Shown: positions 1-10,802, numbered from the stretch's first letter. The stretch is DNA of 64,000 nt from Promethearchaeota archaeon Loki_b32 (GCA_005223125.1 NJBH01000002.1:64001-128000), one strand, 5' to 3'. Numbers and translations: made by a program. The notes: generated by a model from the sequence alone, not told the origin.

Positions 1-200
1 GTCAAGCAATTTCAGAGGTGGGTGCTGTTATGATAGTTGGAGGCAATATACGATGGGAAACAAGAACTTTTACAACTTCTATTGTACTCCAAACGCGAAT
101 GGGAGAATTTGGAATGGCAATTGCCTTAGGTGTAATTCTTATAACGATTGCTTTTATTGTGAATTATGGATTAACTCGTCTACAAACAGGAGCAGATTAA
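1..200 (+). CDS. tupB: Tungstate ABC transporter permease (TupB-like), 3' fragment
   Basis: Frame open from the window start. AISEVGAVMIVGGNIRWETRTFTTSIVLQTRMGEF...AIALG is the typical TupB C-terminus. Next to an ABC ATPase and Moco genes. Confidence 0.8.
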   Translation, partial: QAISEVGAVMIVGGNIRWETRTFTTSIVLQTRMGEFGMAIALGVILITIAFIVNYGLTRLQTGAD

Positions 201-201
201 A

Positions 202-1299
202 ATGAAACTACTTCAAGTTCAAAATCTAAATAAAGAATATTACAAGGGAGATAAATCTGTAATTGGAGTTCTCTCCGATATCAATTTTTCGGTTAAAAAA
301 GGAGAATGTTTTGTTATAATAGGTCCAAATGGAAGTGGCAAAACGACTTTATTAAAAATAATTGGTTTACTTGAATTACCAACCTCAGGACAAATATTCT
401 ATGATAAGAAAGATTTGATTAAGATTTCAAGAAAAAAAAAAGTTGAATATCGCAGAAAATTTTCATTTGTCAAACAAAAGCCTGTCGTTCGAAATACGAC
501 TGTATTTAATAATATCGCATATGGATTAAAAGTTCGTGGGATTAAATTCGATGATTATCAGAAATCAGTAGATGAAATCATTAAATTCATTGGATTAAAA
601 GGTATGGAAAAACAAAATGCGAGATCTTTATCTGGTGGTGAAATGCAGCGTGTTGCGATAGCAATGAATTTTATTATTAATCCCGAGATTTATTTATTAG
701 ATGAGGTTTCAGCTAACTTAGATTCGATGAATCTTAAATTATTGGACGAATTTATAATGAAAATAAAGCAAGATAAGGAGAAAACTATTATTATAAGTAC
801 ACATGATCCTCTTGAAGCAATAAAATATGCAGATCGCATAGCTGTCCTTAATAATGGTCAAATCGCTCAAATTGGGACGCCCAATGAAATATTCACAGCT
901 CCAAAGGATGAATTCACTGCTCTTTTTGTGGGATATGAAAATATTCTTTATGGGATAGCAGAATTAGATAAAGCTACAGGTTTATCCAAAATAAAAGTTA
1001 ATGACTTGATTATTACAGCTTCAAGTCAACAAGAGGGGGACGTAAAAGTGTGTATTCGGCCAGAAAGCATTGGGATCGTTAAAGGACCTCCTAAAAACAC
1101 AAGTTATAGAAATACCTTTAAAGGAATTGTAGAAAATATTCGTGAGCTTGGAAATATCTGTCATTTAATTGTTAAATGTAAATCTGAGAAATTTTTAATA
1201 ACAATAACAGAATTATCACGGAAGAATTTAGGATTAGAAATAGGCTCCCAAGTGTTCATCAATTTCAAAGCAACCGATATAACTATTCTCTCATCATAA
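202..1299 (+). CDS. Tungstate/molybdate ABC transporter ATP-binding subunit with TOBE domain
   Basis: Walker A GPNGSGKT, signature LSGGE, Walker B LLDE, C-terminal TOBE-like motif (LGLEIGSQVFINFKA). Confidence 0.85.
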   Translation: MKLLQVQNLNKEYYKGDKSVIGVLSDINFSVKKGECFVIIGPNGSGKTTLLKIIGLLELPTSGQIFYDKKDLIKISRKKKVEYRRKFSFVKQKPVVRNTTVFNNIAYGLKVRGIKFDDYQKSVDEIIKFIGLKGMEKQNARSLSGGEMQRVAIAMNFIINPEIYLLDEVSANLDSMNLKLLDEFIMKIKQDKEKTIIISTHDPLEAIKYADRIAVLNNGQIAQIGTPNEIFTAPKDEFTALFVGYENILYGIAELDKATGLSKIKVNDLIITASSQQEGDVKVCIRPESIGIVKGPPKNTSYRNTFKGIVENIRELGNICHLIVKCKSEKFLITITELSRKNLGLEIGSQVFINFKATDITILSS

Positions 1300-1725
1300 T
1301 CCTTTCTTTTCCAAATATGCAAATAAACTTCGAGAGTTAAACCATATTATATCCTTAGAATTCTCAAGGTGTTTGAAGTGTTTTTCATTACCAGACCATA
1401 AGGGACAATTAAGAAATAAAGACACGGTTACGAAAGGTACATCTTCTTTATGGTTTATTAATGATTCTGCTTTTCCTATAAATTTTTCATATTTTTCTTG
1501 TGGAACTTTTAAAATATTAAATTTTGAAATAATTTCATCTACTTCATCAATAAGATAACCTAATTTTTTTACTAAATTTCTTTTAATTTCTTCCCAAAAG
1601 ATATCTGGAGCAAATAATTGAATTTCCACTTCTTCAATTATCAGATTAAATATTTTTCTTTCAAGTCCTTTTAGATTATATAAAGCAGAAAAGAAAATAT
1701 TGGAATCTATTACTAATGGAATCAT
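1294..1725 (-). CDS. PIN-domain toxin (VapC-like)
   Basis: LVIDSNIFFSAL N-terminus, EE, D-x-P-F, LWSGNEKHF; 143 aa; downstream of a small antitoxin-size gene. Confidence 0.8.
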   Translation of the reverse strand: MIPLVIDSNIFFSALYNLKGLERKIFNLIIEEVEIQLFAPDIFWEEIKRNLVKKLGYLIDEVDEIISKFNILKVPQEKYEKFIGKAESLINHKEDVPFVTVSLFLNCPLWSGNEKHFKHLENSKDIIWFNSRSLFAYLEKKGL

Positions 1726-1731
1726 TTTAAA

Positions 1732-1986
1732 TTAATCTATAAAGCCTCTTTCTCGTAAGATTTCATTTCTAATTTCTTCTCCAGATTTTATAATATCATC
1801 TAGAGTTAAACCTCTCTCTCTTAATCTTGCTTTAAAATCTTCACTAAAATTATCAATATATTTTTTTTTTGCTTGAACGATTAAAATCTTTAAAAGCTCA
1901 TCCATCGATTTAGTTTTATAAATTTCTTGTAATTTCTTTAATTCCTTTTTAGTATCTTCTTTAATGGATATGGTTGTATGACTCAT
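1732..1986 (-). CDS. Putative VapB-like antitoxin (RHH-type)
   Basis: 84 aa, HTTISIKEDTKKELKKL N-terminus, 6 nt upstream of the PIN gene. Confidence 0.7.
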   Translation of the reverse strand: MSHTTISIKEDTKKELKKLQEIYKTKSMDELLKILIVQAKKKYIDNFSEDFKARLRERGLTLDDIIKSGEEIRNEILRERGFID

Positions 1987-2148
1987 TTCTTTTATTTTAA
2001 TAATTTAATAGTTTAATTATTCTATAATTCTATTATTTAATTAATTAATAGAATTTACCCTTAAAATTCTTTCGCTTTACTTTAGAAATAAAACATTTAC
2101 TTTATCGTAATAATGTTTTTAAAAATTGGATTTTTCTATTATTTAGAC

Positions 2149-2172
2149 CGATATGTATGGGATGTAATATCG
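2149..2172. promoter_or_regulatory. ModE-box-like palindrome upstream of the moa operon
   Basis: CGATATGTA-TGGGAT-GTAATATCG, 24 bp, resembles the CGNTATATA-N6-TATATANCG consensus; 36 nt upstream of moaC. Confidence 0.45.
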
Positions 2173-2208
2173 ATAAACGATACGCAACAAAACTATTAAA
2201 CAGAAATT

Positions 2209-2640
2209 ATGATTGATATTTCAAAAAAAGAGTCAATTGCAAGGAGTGCTACGGCTTCTGGCAAAATTATACTAAAAAAAGAAACTATTAACAGAATTAA
2301 AAATAGGCAAATTAAAAAAGGGGATGCCTTTACAATAGCAAAAGTATCTGCTATTAATGCTGTTAAAAAAGTACCGGATTTGATTCCGTTCTGTCATCCA
2401 ATCCCAATAGACAATATAGACATCAATTTTACATATGAAAACAATAACTCCATTAAAGTTACATGTAAGGTTAAAAGTATCGCAAAAACTGGTGTTGAGA
2501 TGGAGGCTTTAACTGGAGTCAGTGTTGCTCTTTTGAACTTATGGGATGTAATTAAAATGTATGAAAAGGATAAAGATGGACAATATCCTATGACGAAAAT
2601 TTATGATATCATAGTTGAGATAAAGGTAAAGGATAAATGA
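2209..2640 (+). CDS. moaC: Cyclic pyranopterin monophosphate synthase
   Basis: MIDISKK, LIPFCHPI, KTGVEMEALTG motifs. Confidence 0.95.
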   Translation: MIDISKKESIARSATASGKIILKKETINRIKNRQIKKGDAFTIAKVSAINAVKKVPDLIPFCHPIPIDNIDINFTYENNNSIKVTCKVKSIAKTGVEMEALTGVSVALLNLWDVIKMYEKDKDGQYPMTKIYDIIVEIKVKDK

Positions 2641-3557
2641 AAGATAAATGCAATCGAGAAATCAAGCATATTAGATTCTCAATCACATCTAAATGTAATC
2701 TTAAATGCATGTATTGCGATCGGGAAGGTTTTACTCCTAAAACTTCAGAATTAACTGTAGACGAGATAACGAAATTATGTAAAGTTTTGGCAGAAATCTT
2801 AAACGTTACTAGAATCAAATTTACAGGCGGAGAACCCTTATGCAGAGAAGAAATCGTTCAAATCATCAAGAATGTATCTAATTTGCTCCTATATAAAGAC
2901 ATATCTATGACTACCAACGGACTCCTCCTGTATGAAAAAGCAGAAGAATTATATAAAGCTGGTTTGAATAGAATAAATGTATCGCTTGCATCACTTAAAC
3001 CAAAAGAATATAATAAAGTATACGGTTCAGATTCTTTGGATAAAGTGTTAAAAGGTTTACAAAAGGCAAAAGAAGTCGGATTTGATCCAATAAAATTAAA
3101 TTTTGTATTAATGAAGGGAATCAACGATACTGAAATGGAAGATTTAATTGACTTTTGCAGAAAAAATGGCTTTATTCTTCAACTAATTGAATTACATGAG
3201 GTTTCAGATGCAGTAGGAGGAAATGGTGAATTTTATAAAAAACACCATCTAGACGTTAAACCCATTATAGAAGACTTAGAATCGAAAGCAGAAAAAATAA
3301 TAGTAAGGGGTTCTATGCAAAATCGAAAAGTTTTCATATTACCTAATTCCATGATTGTCGAAACAATCACACCTAGTCACGAATTTTGTATGGGTTGTAC
3401 TAAATTACGCGTTGGATGTGATGGAAATCTTTTTGGATGTTTATATCGATCTGATCTTGGAAAAAATATTAAAGAAGCTCTCCACAATCATCATTCAATA
3501 GCAAAATACGAGCAAATTGTTAAACAGGTTGTGGATTCTCGAGAGCCTTATTATTGA
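2637..3557 (+). CDS. moaA: GTP 3',8-cyclase (radical SAM)
   Basis: CNLKCMYC (CX3CX2C), FTGGEP, MTTNG, C-terminal FCMGC..LR...GCL; ATGA overlap with moaC. Confidence 0.95.
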   Translation: MKDKCNREIKHIRFSITSKCNLKCMYCDREGFTPKTSELTVDEITKLCKVLAEILNVTRIKFTGGEPLCREEIVQIIKNVSNLLLYKDISMTTNGLLLYEKAEELYKAGLNRINVSLASLKPKEYNKVYGSDSLDKVLKGLQKAKEVGFDPIKLNFVLMKGINDTEMEDLIDFCRKNGFILQLIELHEVSDAVGGNGEFYKKHHLDVKPIIEDLESKAEKIIVRGSMQNRKVFILPNSMIVETITPSHEFCMGCTKLRVGCDGNLFGCLYRSDLGKNIKEALHNHHSIAKYEQIVKQVVDSREPYY

Positions 3558-3582
3558 TGTTTATCAAAATATAGTTGAAAAA

Positions 3583-3861
3583 ATGATTGTAGAAGTTCTA
3601 TATTTCGCAGAATTTAAGGATATAACCGGTAAAGAGAAAGAAAAATTTACTTTATCTGATATCACTTTAGAAGGACTACTAAGTTTATTATTTGAAAAAT
3701 ATGAATTAAAAAATTTAATTTGGGATGAAAAAGCTAAAAAGATACACAATTTAGTATCAATTATAATTAATAACCAAACTGTTCATGAAAAAGATCCATC
3801 CTCAATTGATTTAAAGGATAATGATACAATTGCCTTCTTGTTACCCGTCTCAGGAGGATAA
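3583..3861 (+). CDS. moaD: Molybdopterin synthase sulfur carrier (MoaD/SAMP family)
   Basis: ATG at 3583 (MIVEVLYFAEF); ends LLPVSGG di-glycine; followed by moaE. Confidence 0.9.
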   Translation: MIVEVLYFAEFKDITGKEKEKFTLSDITLEGLLSLLFEKYELKNLIWDEKAKKIHNLVSIIINNQTVHEKDPSSIDLKDNDTIAFLLPVSGG

Positions 3862-3867
3862 AAGAAA

Positions 3868-4314
3868 ATGCATTCAAATGAGGATTTTGCTAAATCAGGG
3901 ATATATAACAAAGGAGAAATTGAATTAGAAAGCATAATAAAATCAATAAAGAGAAATCCTAAAATAAAGAAAGCAGGATCTATTCATACATTTACAGGAA
4001 TTGTAAGAGATAGCTCGATAAAAGGCAAACCAGTAATTAGTATGAAAATTGATGCATATGATGAATTAGCAAATCAAAGTATTACTAAAATCTGTGAGAG
4101 CTTGAAACGAGAAAAGGGAATTATAGATGTTATAATAGTTCATTTAAAAGGAGAGTTTGATCTTTCTGAAGATTTAGTTTATGTTGTTGTGGCATCAGCA
4201 CACAGAAGAGAGGGTTTTGCTGCAATTAGTAAGGCTGTTGAGATGTATAAAAAAGAAATAGCAGTATGGAAAAGAGAAAATTTTAATGATGGAACCTCAG
4301 AGTGGATTCATTAA
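3868..4314 (+). CDS. moaE: Molybdopterin synthase catalytic subunit
   Basis: FTGIVR, VASAHRREGF, VWKRE..W motifs. Confidence 0.93.
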   Translation: MHSNEDFAKSGIYNKGEIELESIIKSIKRNPKIKKAGSIHTFTGIVRDSSIKGKPVISMKIDAYDELANQSITKICESLKREKGIIDVIIVHLKGEFDLSEDLVYVVVASAHRREGFAAISKAVEMYKKEIAVWKRENFNDGTSEWIH

Positions 4315-4382
4315 AAATGGTCTATAGAAGATTAAATAATAAATATTGAGTATTTTAAACTAACAAAATAATTGATTCTTTT

Positions 4383-5609
4383 ATGAAATTTCTGAAAACT
4401 ATTAGCGTAGAAGAATTCAAAAATATACTGAATTCAATACAGAAGATAGTAACGGATGAAGAACTAATCCCTTTAGAAGACGCTTTCAATAGGATTATTT
4501 CTAGAAATATTACTAGCACAATAAATGTCCCTCATTTCAGAAAATCACGAATGGATGGATACGCGGTTATTGCAGAGGATACTTTTGGCGCTGAAGAAGA
4601 TAACTTAATAGAACTTGACATAATTGAGACAATTCAAGCTGGAAATATTCCTCAAAAAAGATTGAATAATGGTCAATGTTCATATATAGCAACTGGTGCT
4701 GCAATCCCAGACAACTCAAATGGAGTAGTAATGGTTGAATTCACGGATAAACAAGAAAATAAAGTTTTAATTTCAAAGGCAGTAACACCTGGCACTTTTA
4801 TCATTGAGATCGGACATGATATTAATAAAGGAGATGTAATAGTTAAAAAAGACATGCTAATAGATTTGGCAACTTTAGGTATTTTAGCTTCATGTGGTAT
4901 TAAAGAAGTATCAGTATATAAGAAGCCAATAATAAGTCTTATAAGCACCGGAAATGAACTGGTAAGTCAAGATATAAAAAAATTAGAAATTGGTAAGATT
5001 TATGATATAAATTCAATTGTTTTAAAAAAAGCCATTGAAAATACAGGTGTCCACGTAAATTTCCTTGGTGTTGTTAAGGATGAGTATAAGGATTTGAAAA
5101 ATATTATTGACAAAGCACTAGAAAGTAGTAATATTATAATTTTATCAGGTGGTACATCCAAAGGTGAAGGTGATATCGGTCCCAAAGTCTTAGAAGATTA
5201 TAAAGATATTGAAATATTAATTCATGGAGTAAAAATAAAACCAGGAAAACCAATAATCTTCGCAAAATTGAAGGAAAAAATATTATTTATTTTACCTGGG
5301 TATCCCACTTCTGCATTAAGTTGTTTTTATGTTTTTATTGATAATTTTCTAAGAAAAATGTCCGGTTATCCTTTAAAAGAAAACAATTCAAAAGATATTG
5401 AAGTTGGTGAACGAATTTATAGCACAGTTGGTCGACATGAGTTTAAAGCTGTAAAAATTCAAGTTGTTGATGGTGAAAAAAAGGTTTTTCCTATTAAAAC
5501 AGGATCAGAAGCGATAAGCACTATGTTCTTTGCTGATGGATACATAGAAATAGATGAATTAGAATCAATTATAGAAAAAGGAGATAAAAGAAAAGTCTTT
5601 TTCTTCTAA
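4383..5609 (+). CDS. moeA: Molybdopterin molybdenum/tungsten transferase, copy 1
   Basis: SRMDGYAV, ATGA.IP, STGNEL, SGGTSKG, KPGKP, LPGYP motifs. Confidence 0.93.
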   Translation: MKFLKTISVEEFKNILNSIQKIVTDEELIPLEDAFNRIISRNITSTINVPHFRKSRMDGYAVIAEDTFGAEEDNLIELDIIETIQAGNIPQKRLNNGQCSYIATGAAIPDNSNGVVMVEFTDKQENKVLISKAVTPGTFIIEIGHDINKGDVIVKKDMLIDLATLGILASCGIKEVSVYKKPIISLISTGNELVSQDIKKLEIGKIYDINSIVLKKAIENTGVHVNFLGVVKDEYKDLKNIIDKALESSNIIILSGGTSKGEGDIGPKVLEDYKDIEILIHGVKIKPGKPIIFAKLKEKILFILPGYPTSALSCFYVFIDNFLRKMSGYPLKENNSKDIEVGERIYSTVGRHEFKAVKIQVVDGEKKVFPIKTGSEAISTMFFADGYIEIDELESIIEKGDKRKVFFF

Positions 5610-5645
5610 TAAGAATAAGAATATATTAAAAACGTATTGATTAAC

Positions 5646-6206
5646 ATGAAGGGTAAAAAAAAAGTCCACGAGCAACATAAACGCCAAGCTCCCAAAGAGA
5701 TAAATTTAGCTTTAATAGTAGTAAGCACATGTAGATATAATGAAATTAAAACTGGAAAAAAAACTACAGATAAAACAATTCCTAAAGTGAAACGATTACT
5801 GAAAGATAACCTATCAATTTCATTAACATTTACTAGTATTATACCAGATTCAGAAGAGTATATAAATAATATTTTAACAGAAGTAATGAAAGATAATAAA
5901 ATTGATTCGATCATATTTAGTGGTGGTACTGGATTGTCCCAAAAGGATATTACATATGAAACAATTGAACCCCGATTAGAAAAAAAATTTGATGGCTTTG
6001 GAGAGCTCTTTAGACACCTTTCTTACAATGAAATTGGTACTTCAGCAATGTTATCCAGGGCAACCGCAGGTCTTCTAAGGATTAAAAAGCAAAATAAAGT
6101 TATCTTTTTACTTCCGGGGTCTCCAAATGCAGTAAGATTAGCTTTACAACACATAATAATACCCGAATTAGGGCATATTTTATATTTAATCAATAAAAAA
6201 GAGTGA
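5646..6206 (+). CDS. moaB: Molybdopterin adenylyltransferase (MoaB/Mog)
   Basis: SGGTG...D.T.E, GFGELFR, AMLSRATAG, LPGSP motifs. Confidence 0.9.
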   Translation: MKGKKKVHEQHKRQAPKEINLALIVVSTCRYNEIKTGKKTTDKTIPKVKRLLKDNLSISLTFTSIIPDSEEYINNILTEVMKDNKIDSIIFSGGTGLSQKDITYETIEPRLEKKFDGFGELFRHLSYNEIGTSAMLSRATAGLLRIKKQNKVIFLLPGSPNAVRLALQHIIIPELGHILYLINKKE

Positions 6207-6212
6207 GATTTT

Positions 6213-7460
6213 TTGAAAAAACTTCATAAAATTGGATTTTCAAAATTAACCCCTTTAGTAGAAGCTATAGAAAAGCTGTTTTCGAAAATCCATTTAAACC
6301 CAATTGAAGAAGTTGAAATTAAGGCTGCATTAAATCGTATTTTAGCGGAAGATATTATCAGTTCATTGGATATTCCTCCTTTTGATCGCTCAGCTATGGA
6401 TGGTTATGCAATTCAAGCAGAAGATTCATTTAAAGCTACCCCAAATTCTCCAAAAAAAATTAAACTTGTTGGAATAATTGAAATCGGTGAATCTTCAAGT
6501 CTTAAAATTAATAAAGGTGAAGGTATCAAAATATCCACAGGTGCTCCAATACCAGAAGGATCAGATGCTGTTATAAAAATCGAAGATACTGAAATTGAAA
6601 ATAACAGAATAAGTCTTTATATATCTCTACCTCCTGGAAAGAATATTTCCAAAAAAGGAGAAGATATCAAAGGAGGTACTCAAGTATTAAACAAGGGTAC
6701 AGAATTAAAGGCTGAGCATATCGCACTTTTAACTTCCTTAGGTTTTAATAAAGTAAAGGTACGAACTAAACCAAAAATAAGCATTTTTTCTTCCGGAGAT
6801 GAATTACTTGAACCAGGTGTTTCACTTCAACCCGGAAAGATATATAATTCAAATACACCAATGATAACAGCATTAGTAAATTTATATGGTGGCTTAGTTA
6901 TTAGAGGTGAAAGTGTAAAAGATAACAGGGAAACTATTAAAAATAAATTATTTGAAGCGGCTGAAGACTCTCAGATCATAATATTCACCGGCGGTACTTC
7001 AGTTGGGACAAAAGATTACCTACCTGAGATAATTAATGATACGGGCTCGGTTTTAACACATGGTATCGCTATGAGACCTGGAGCCCCAGTTTTGATTGGA
7101 ACTTTAAAAGAAGGTATTATATTTTGTCTTCCTGGTACTCCTGTTGCGGCTTACGTTTCTTTTTTAAAAATTACCGGACCTGCTATCAGGAAAATGTTAG
7201 GATGCTCTGTTTTAGATCCAAGAATTGAAATTATGGCAATGATTGATAAGGATGTTCCCGTTTCTGGGCTTGGCTATCTACATTATTTAAGAGTAAAAGT
7301 TAAAAAAGAAAAAAATGAATTTATTGCCATTCCAGTCAAATTAAAGGGATCTGGAGTAATAAGTTCTCTCACTAAATCTGATGGAATAATCGAGATTCCA
7401 CCACATCAAGAGGGATTAAAAAAGGGAGAAAAACTAATTGTAAAACTATTTCCAAGATAA
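6213..7460 (+). CDS. moeA: Molybdopterin molybdenum/tungsten transferase, copy 2
   Basis: PPFDRSAMDGYA, STGAPIP, SSGDEL, GGTSVG.KD, RPG.P, LPGTP motifs. Confidence 0.93.
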   Translation: MKKLHKIGFSKLTPLVEAIEKLFSKIHLNPIEEVEIKAALNRILAEDIISSLDIPPFDRSAMDGYAIQAEDSFKATPNSPKKIKLVGIIEIGESSSLKINKGEGIKISTGAPIPEGSDAVIKIEDTEIENNRISLYISLPPGKNISKKGEDIKGGTQVLNKGTELKAEHIALLTSLGFNKVKVRTKPKISIFSSGDELLEPGVSLQPGKIYNSNTPMITALVNLYGGLVIRGESVKDNRETIKNKLFEAAEDSQIIIFTGGTSVGTKDYLPEIINDTGSVLTHGIAMRPGAPVLIGTLKEGIIFCLPGTPVAAYVSFLKITGPAIRKMLGCSVLDPRIEIMAMIDKDVPVSGLGYLHYLRVKVKKEKNEFIAIPVKLKGSGVISSLTKSDGIIEIPPHQEGLKKGEKLIVKLFPR

Positions 7461-7638
7461 TTGACTAAAGATCATCAATTGATATTTTTAAAACAAAAAT
7501 TTTATCATATTTATTATGTATAAAGAAAAGCATATCCTGCTTTATTAGAAATTATTGTATACCCTCTATTATTACTTATGATTGGTTTTGTGTCATTGAA
7601 ATTATGAAAAACTAACTCAAAACCTTCTATTGAATTAT

Positions 7639-8658
7639 CTACACATTAGAGTTTTTTTGTTTTAATTTTTCTTCTAATTCTTCTTTTTCTTCTTCGAGCT
7701 TCTTAATTTTTTTATCTTTTTGTTTCATTTTTAATCCAGTTATGGTAAAGCCTTGCAAATTAAGTATTTTTCTGATAAAAATGAATGTAGCAAAAGAAAT
7801 TCCAACCAAATAAAGAACATTTACAGACCAAAAATAGGGATCTATCATACTCCAAATGTCTTCTACATATGGAAAGCTTAAAAAGGGTAATAATACTGCA
7901 ATTAATCCAATCCATATCATTCCAATTAGTAGGAGTGCTTTTTCCCATAATCTCATTTGCAATCTATAAAAAATGTATAAATGAAGCCAATACAAAACAC
8001 AGATAAATGCAATAGGCATGAATAAAAATGATCCAATTGCTAAAATCAACAATAGATTAACAGCAAACTTGTTACGCCATAAATCTAAAATATCTTTTGC
8101 AGCCATTTGATCTTGGACTTGAGCTTTTGCATATTCTTTTCTTAATGAAAAATACTCCTTTTTTATTTTCCTGGCAACTTTTTTTGCTCCTTTCTTCCAG
8201 AAAGAAAGTTTACTTATTTCAGCAGCTTTATGAAATTGTTCACTCGCTAAAGGGATGATGTAAAGATTCAGTAATAAGGATATTATTCCATAAATATATA
8301 TAATATTATCAAACCATAACCATAACCCCGTTTGGGTGACAGCCGCAGCTTCAGTATAACTTGAAATAATTTTATAAATCGCATAACATATTAAAAATAA
8401 CGGGATAATAATCTCTAATACGATTAAAATGATAGTACCTCGCTTTTTTAATTTACTGCTTATTTTATCCATAAGTAATAAGAAACCATTTGATATACTC
8501 AAGACTAAACCAAAACCAGCTAAGAATTTTACAACCCAGAAGAATATAAGAAATGTAAAGTTTAAAAACACATCTCCAGTAAAAAGAAATAACAACATCA
8601 ATGCTAAAGTGATGATTAGTCCAATAACGTAAATAATTTTGTATGTTTTTTCCTCCAT
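7639..8658 (-). CDS. Hypothetical multi-pass membrane protein
   Basis: 339 aa with about 7-8 hydrophobic segments and a charged C-terminal tail. Confidence 0.7.
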   Translation of the reverse strand: MEEKTYKIIYVIGLIITLALMLLFLFTGDVFLNFTFLIFFWVVKFLAGFGLVLSISNGFLLLMDKISSKLKKRGTIILIVLEIIIPLFLICYAIYKIISSYTEAAAVTQTGLWLWFDNIIYIYGIISLLLNLYIIPLASEQFHKAAEISKLSFWKKGAKKVARKIKKEYFSLRKEYAKAQVQDQMAAKDILDLWRNKFAVNLLLILAIGSFLFMPIAFICVLYWLHLYIFYRLQMRLWEKALLLIGMIWIGLIAVLLPFLSFPYVEDIWSMIDPYFWSVNVLYLVGISFATFIFIRKILNLQGFTITGLKMKQKDKKIKKLEEEKEELEEKLKQKNSNV

Positions 8659-8967
8659 GAATTATCAAAAAGAAAGAGTTTATTTAATTTCTTAGTTAAT
8701 TTTTTGTAAATTCTATTCTGAATTTAATCTTCCCTAAATACAAGAAAAATATAATGGCGTTAGTAGAACTGAAGAATTAGGACAATTAAATTTTATTAAA
8801 TTTGATTCAAAATTTGAAACTTTCTATAAATAAATTTAGATCTGTAAAGATAAATCTTACTTATTAGTTATAACTAAAAAGACCTTTTTTTTTCTAAACT
8901 ATAATTACAAAATGTAAATTTGTTCATTATCTTACTTTAAATAGCAATAAAATATTAGGTTTTAGTT

Positions 8968-9885
8968 ATGGCAACATTAATAGATTTAATAATACCACTA
9001 TTTTTAGCATTTAGAGAAGGATTAGAGGCAACTCTAGTTGTTGTTATCATACTCTTATATTTAAAAAAGACTAATCAACGTGGTTATAATAAATATGTAT
9101 ATTTTGGGTCAATTTTAGCTATATTTTCAAGTATAACCTTTGCAATTATTTTTTCTATGGTCTTCGGAGGATTTTCAGGTATTTTGGAAGAAATATTTGA
9201 GGGATCTACATTTATACTATCAGGGATTTTTATTGTAACCCTAGTCCTATGGGTAAGTAAGGAAGGTCCAAAAATGCGTAAGCATTTAGAAGAAAAATTA
9301 GAAAAATCGATCGAACGACAAAAGGCATTTTCAATTTCTATTTTAACATTTATTGTTATTATCAGAGAGGGAATTGAACTAGTATTATTATTAACTGGAA
9401 CGGCATCCATAGGTTCAATAAATCAAACATCAATAATTCTCGGATCTACCATAGGTTTAGCAATCTCCGTTATTATCGGATTGCTAATATTTTATGGAAT
9501 AAAGACGATTGATTTATCAAAATTCTTTAAAGCCACTAACATAATTTTAATACTATTTGCAGCGGGATTGATAACTTATGGAATCCATGAATTAATTGAA
9601 GCAGGGATAGTTAACCCAATAATAGAAGAAGTATGGAATATCAAACATATCTTACCAGAGGCATTCCCAGATGACAATCCAGCTACACCAGTGTGGCTTG
9701 AAATAATTGGTTCGTTATTAAAAGCCTTATTTGGTTATAATGCGAATCCATCTTTGTTGGAAGTAATAATATACCCTAGTCTCCTAATTTCAATTGGTTT
9801 AATTTCATTGAAATTATGGAAACGAACTAATAAAATTGTTATTCTAGAATTGAAAGAGGAAAGACTTAAGCTTTCTTTAGAATAA
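8968..9885 (+). CDS. FTR1-family iron permease
   Basis: Two REGxE motifs (FREGLEA, IREGIEL) and LFGYN. Confidence 0.9.
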   Translation: MATLIDLIIPLFLAFREGLEATLVVVIILLYLKKTNQRGYNKYVYFGSILAIFSSITFAIIFSMVFGGFSGILEEIFEGSTFILSGIFIVTLVLWVSKEGPKMRKHLEEKLEKSIERQKAFSISILTFIVIIREGIELVLLLTGTASIGSINQTSIILGSTIGLAISVIIGLLIFYGIKTIDLSKFFKATNIILILFAAGLITYGIHELIEAGIVNPIIEEVWNIKHILPEAFPDDNPATPVWLEIIGSLLKALFGYNANPSLLEVIIYPSLLISIGLISLKLWKRTNKIVILELKEERLKLSLE

Positions 9886-9926
9886 TTTTTTTTTATTATT
9901 GTTTAGTAATGTTTAAAGTTTTCAAT

Positions 9927-10802
9927 TTATTTCTTTTCGAATCTAATAAATTCCTTATTGAGTTTAATTGCAAATTTTTCTAAAAGATCAAAAATTTCAT
10001 TAAGCTTAATATTAAAATCCCGTCCCCCCAAAATCTGAAAAGTCTGGTTGTAATTCTTGCCAATAAACTTTAGCTCATTTATAAAAATATATTTCCGAGT
10101 ATGTATAGTAGAATATTTCGAATGTATATCGGGATATTTCAAATAAGGTTGTAAATTTACTTCAATTCTATCAATCTGCATCCAATTTACATGAAATATT
10201 GGTTTAGGTGGTACTATTATTTGAATAAACTTTTCATTTATTAAAAATTTCCTTAATTCTGAAGTTCCTTTTAAGAACTTTCTGTATACAAAGAATGTAA
10301 AAAGACCGACAATTATCCAAATAATTACTAAAATAGGTAATGCTTTAATTCTATATACTGTAATTGCTCCCGTAGATACATAAGTCCAAAAGCCAAGATT
10401 AAATAATAGAAGTATTACCACTGAATTTTTTCCATGCTTCACACTTTCAGTTATTTTAACACCTCCGAATTCTTTTTCTGTAACAGTCTTACCCATATCT
10501 ATTCTATACCACATATATTCAGCAAAAAAAATTAATAAACCGACTACTGAGAATATTCCAACTGTGAAAGAAAATAAGATTACATAAGATTTTTCCTTTT
10601 CAGAAGCTATAAATGCAAGTGTATATGAGAATAATCCGAAAATGAAGTAACAGAAAGAACAGGGATATTTGTTAAAAAATCCCTCTCTATTTATGTAAAC
10701 TTGTTTTCTATTATTAATCATATTACTTAATTCCTTATTATTATGCATAACTTTATCATTACTGCTCATCAGAGTATCCCTATGAAAATACTTAAATTGC
10801 AT
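9927..10802 (-). CDS. Hypothetical membrane protein (start uncertain)
   Basis: About 4 transmembrane segments plus a C-terminal soluble domain. Confidence 0.55.
   Translation of the reverse strand: MQFKYFHRDTLMSSNDKVMHNNKELSNMINNRKQVYINREGFFNKYPCSFCYFIFGLFSYTLAFIASEKEKSYVILFSFTVGIFSVVGLLIFFAEYMWYRIDMGKTVTEKEFGGVKITESVKHGKNSVVILLLFNLGFWTYVSTGAITVYRIKALPILVIIWIIVGLFTFFVYRKFLKGTSELRKFLINEKFIQIIVPPKPIFHVNWMQIDRIEVNLQPYLKYPDIHSKYSTIHTRKYIFINELKFIGKNYNQTFQILGGRDFNIKLNEIFDLLEKFAIKLNKEFIRFEKK

Noticed and set aside
3517-3582. N-terminal extension of moaD from the ORF track
   Set aside because: It overlaps moaA; ATG 3583 gives a normal-length MoaD.
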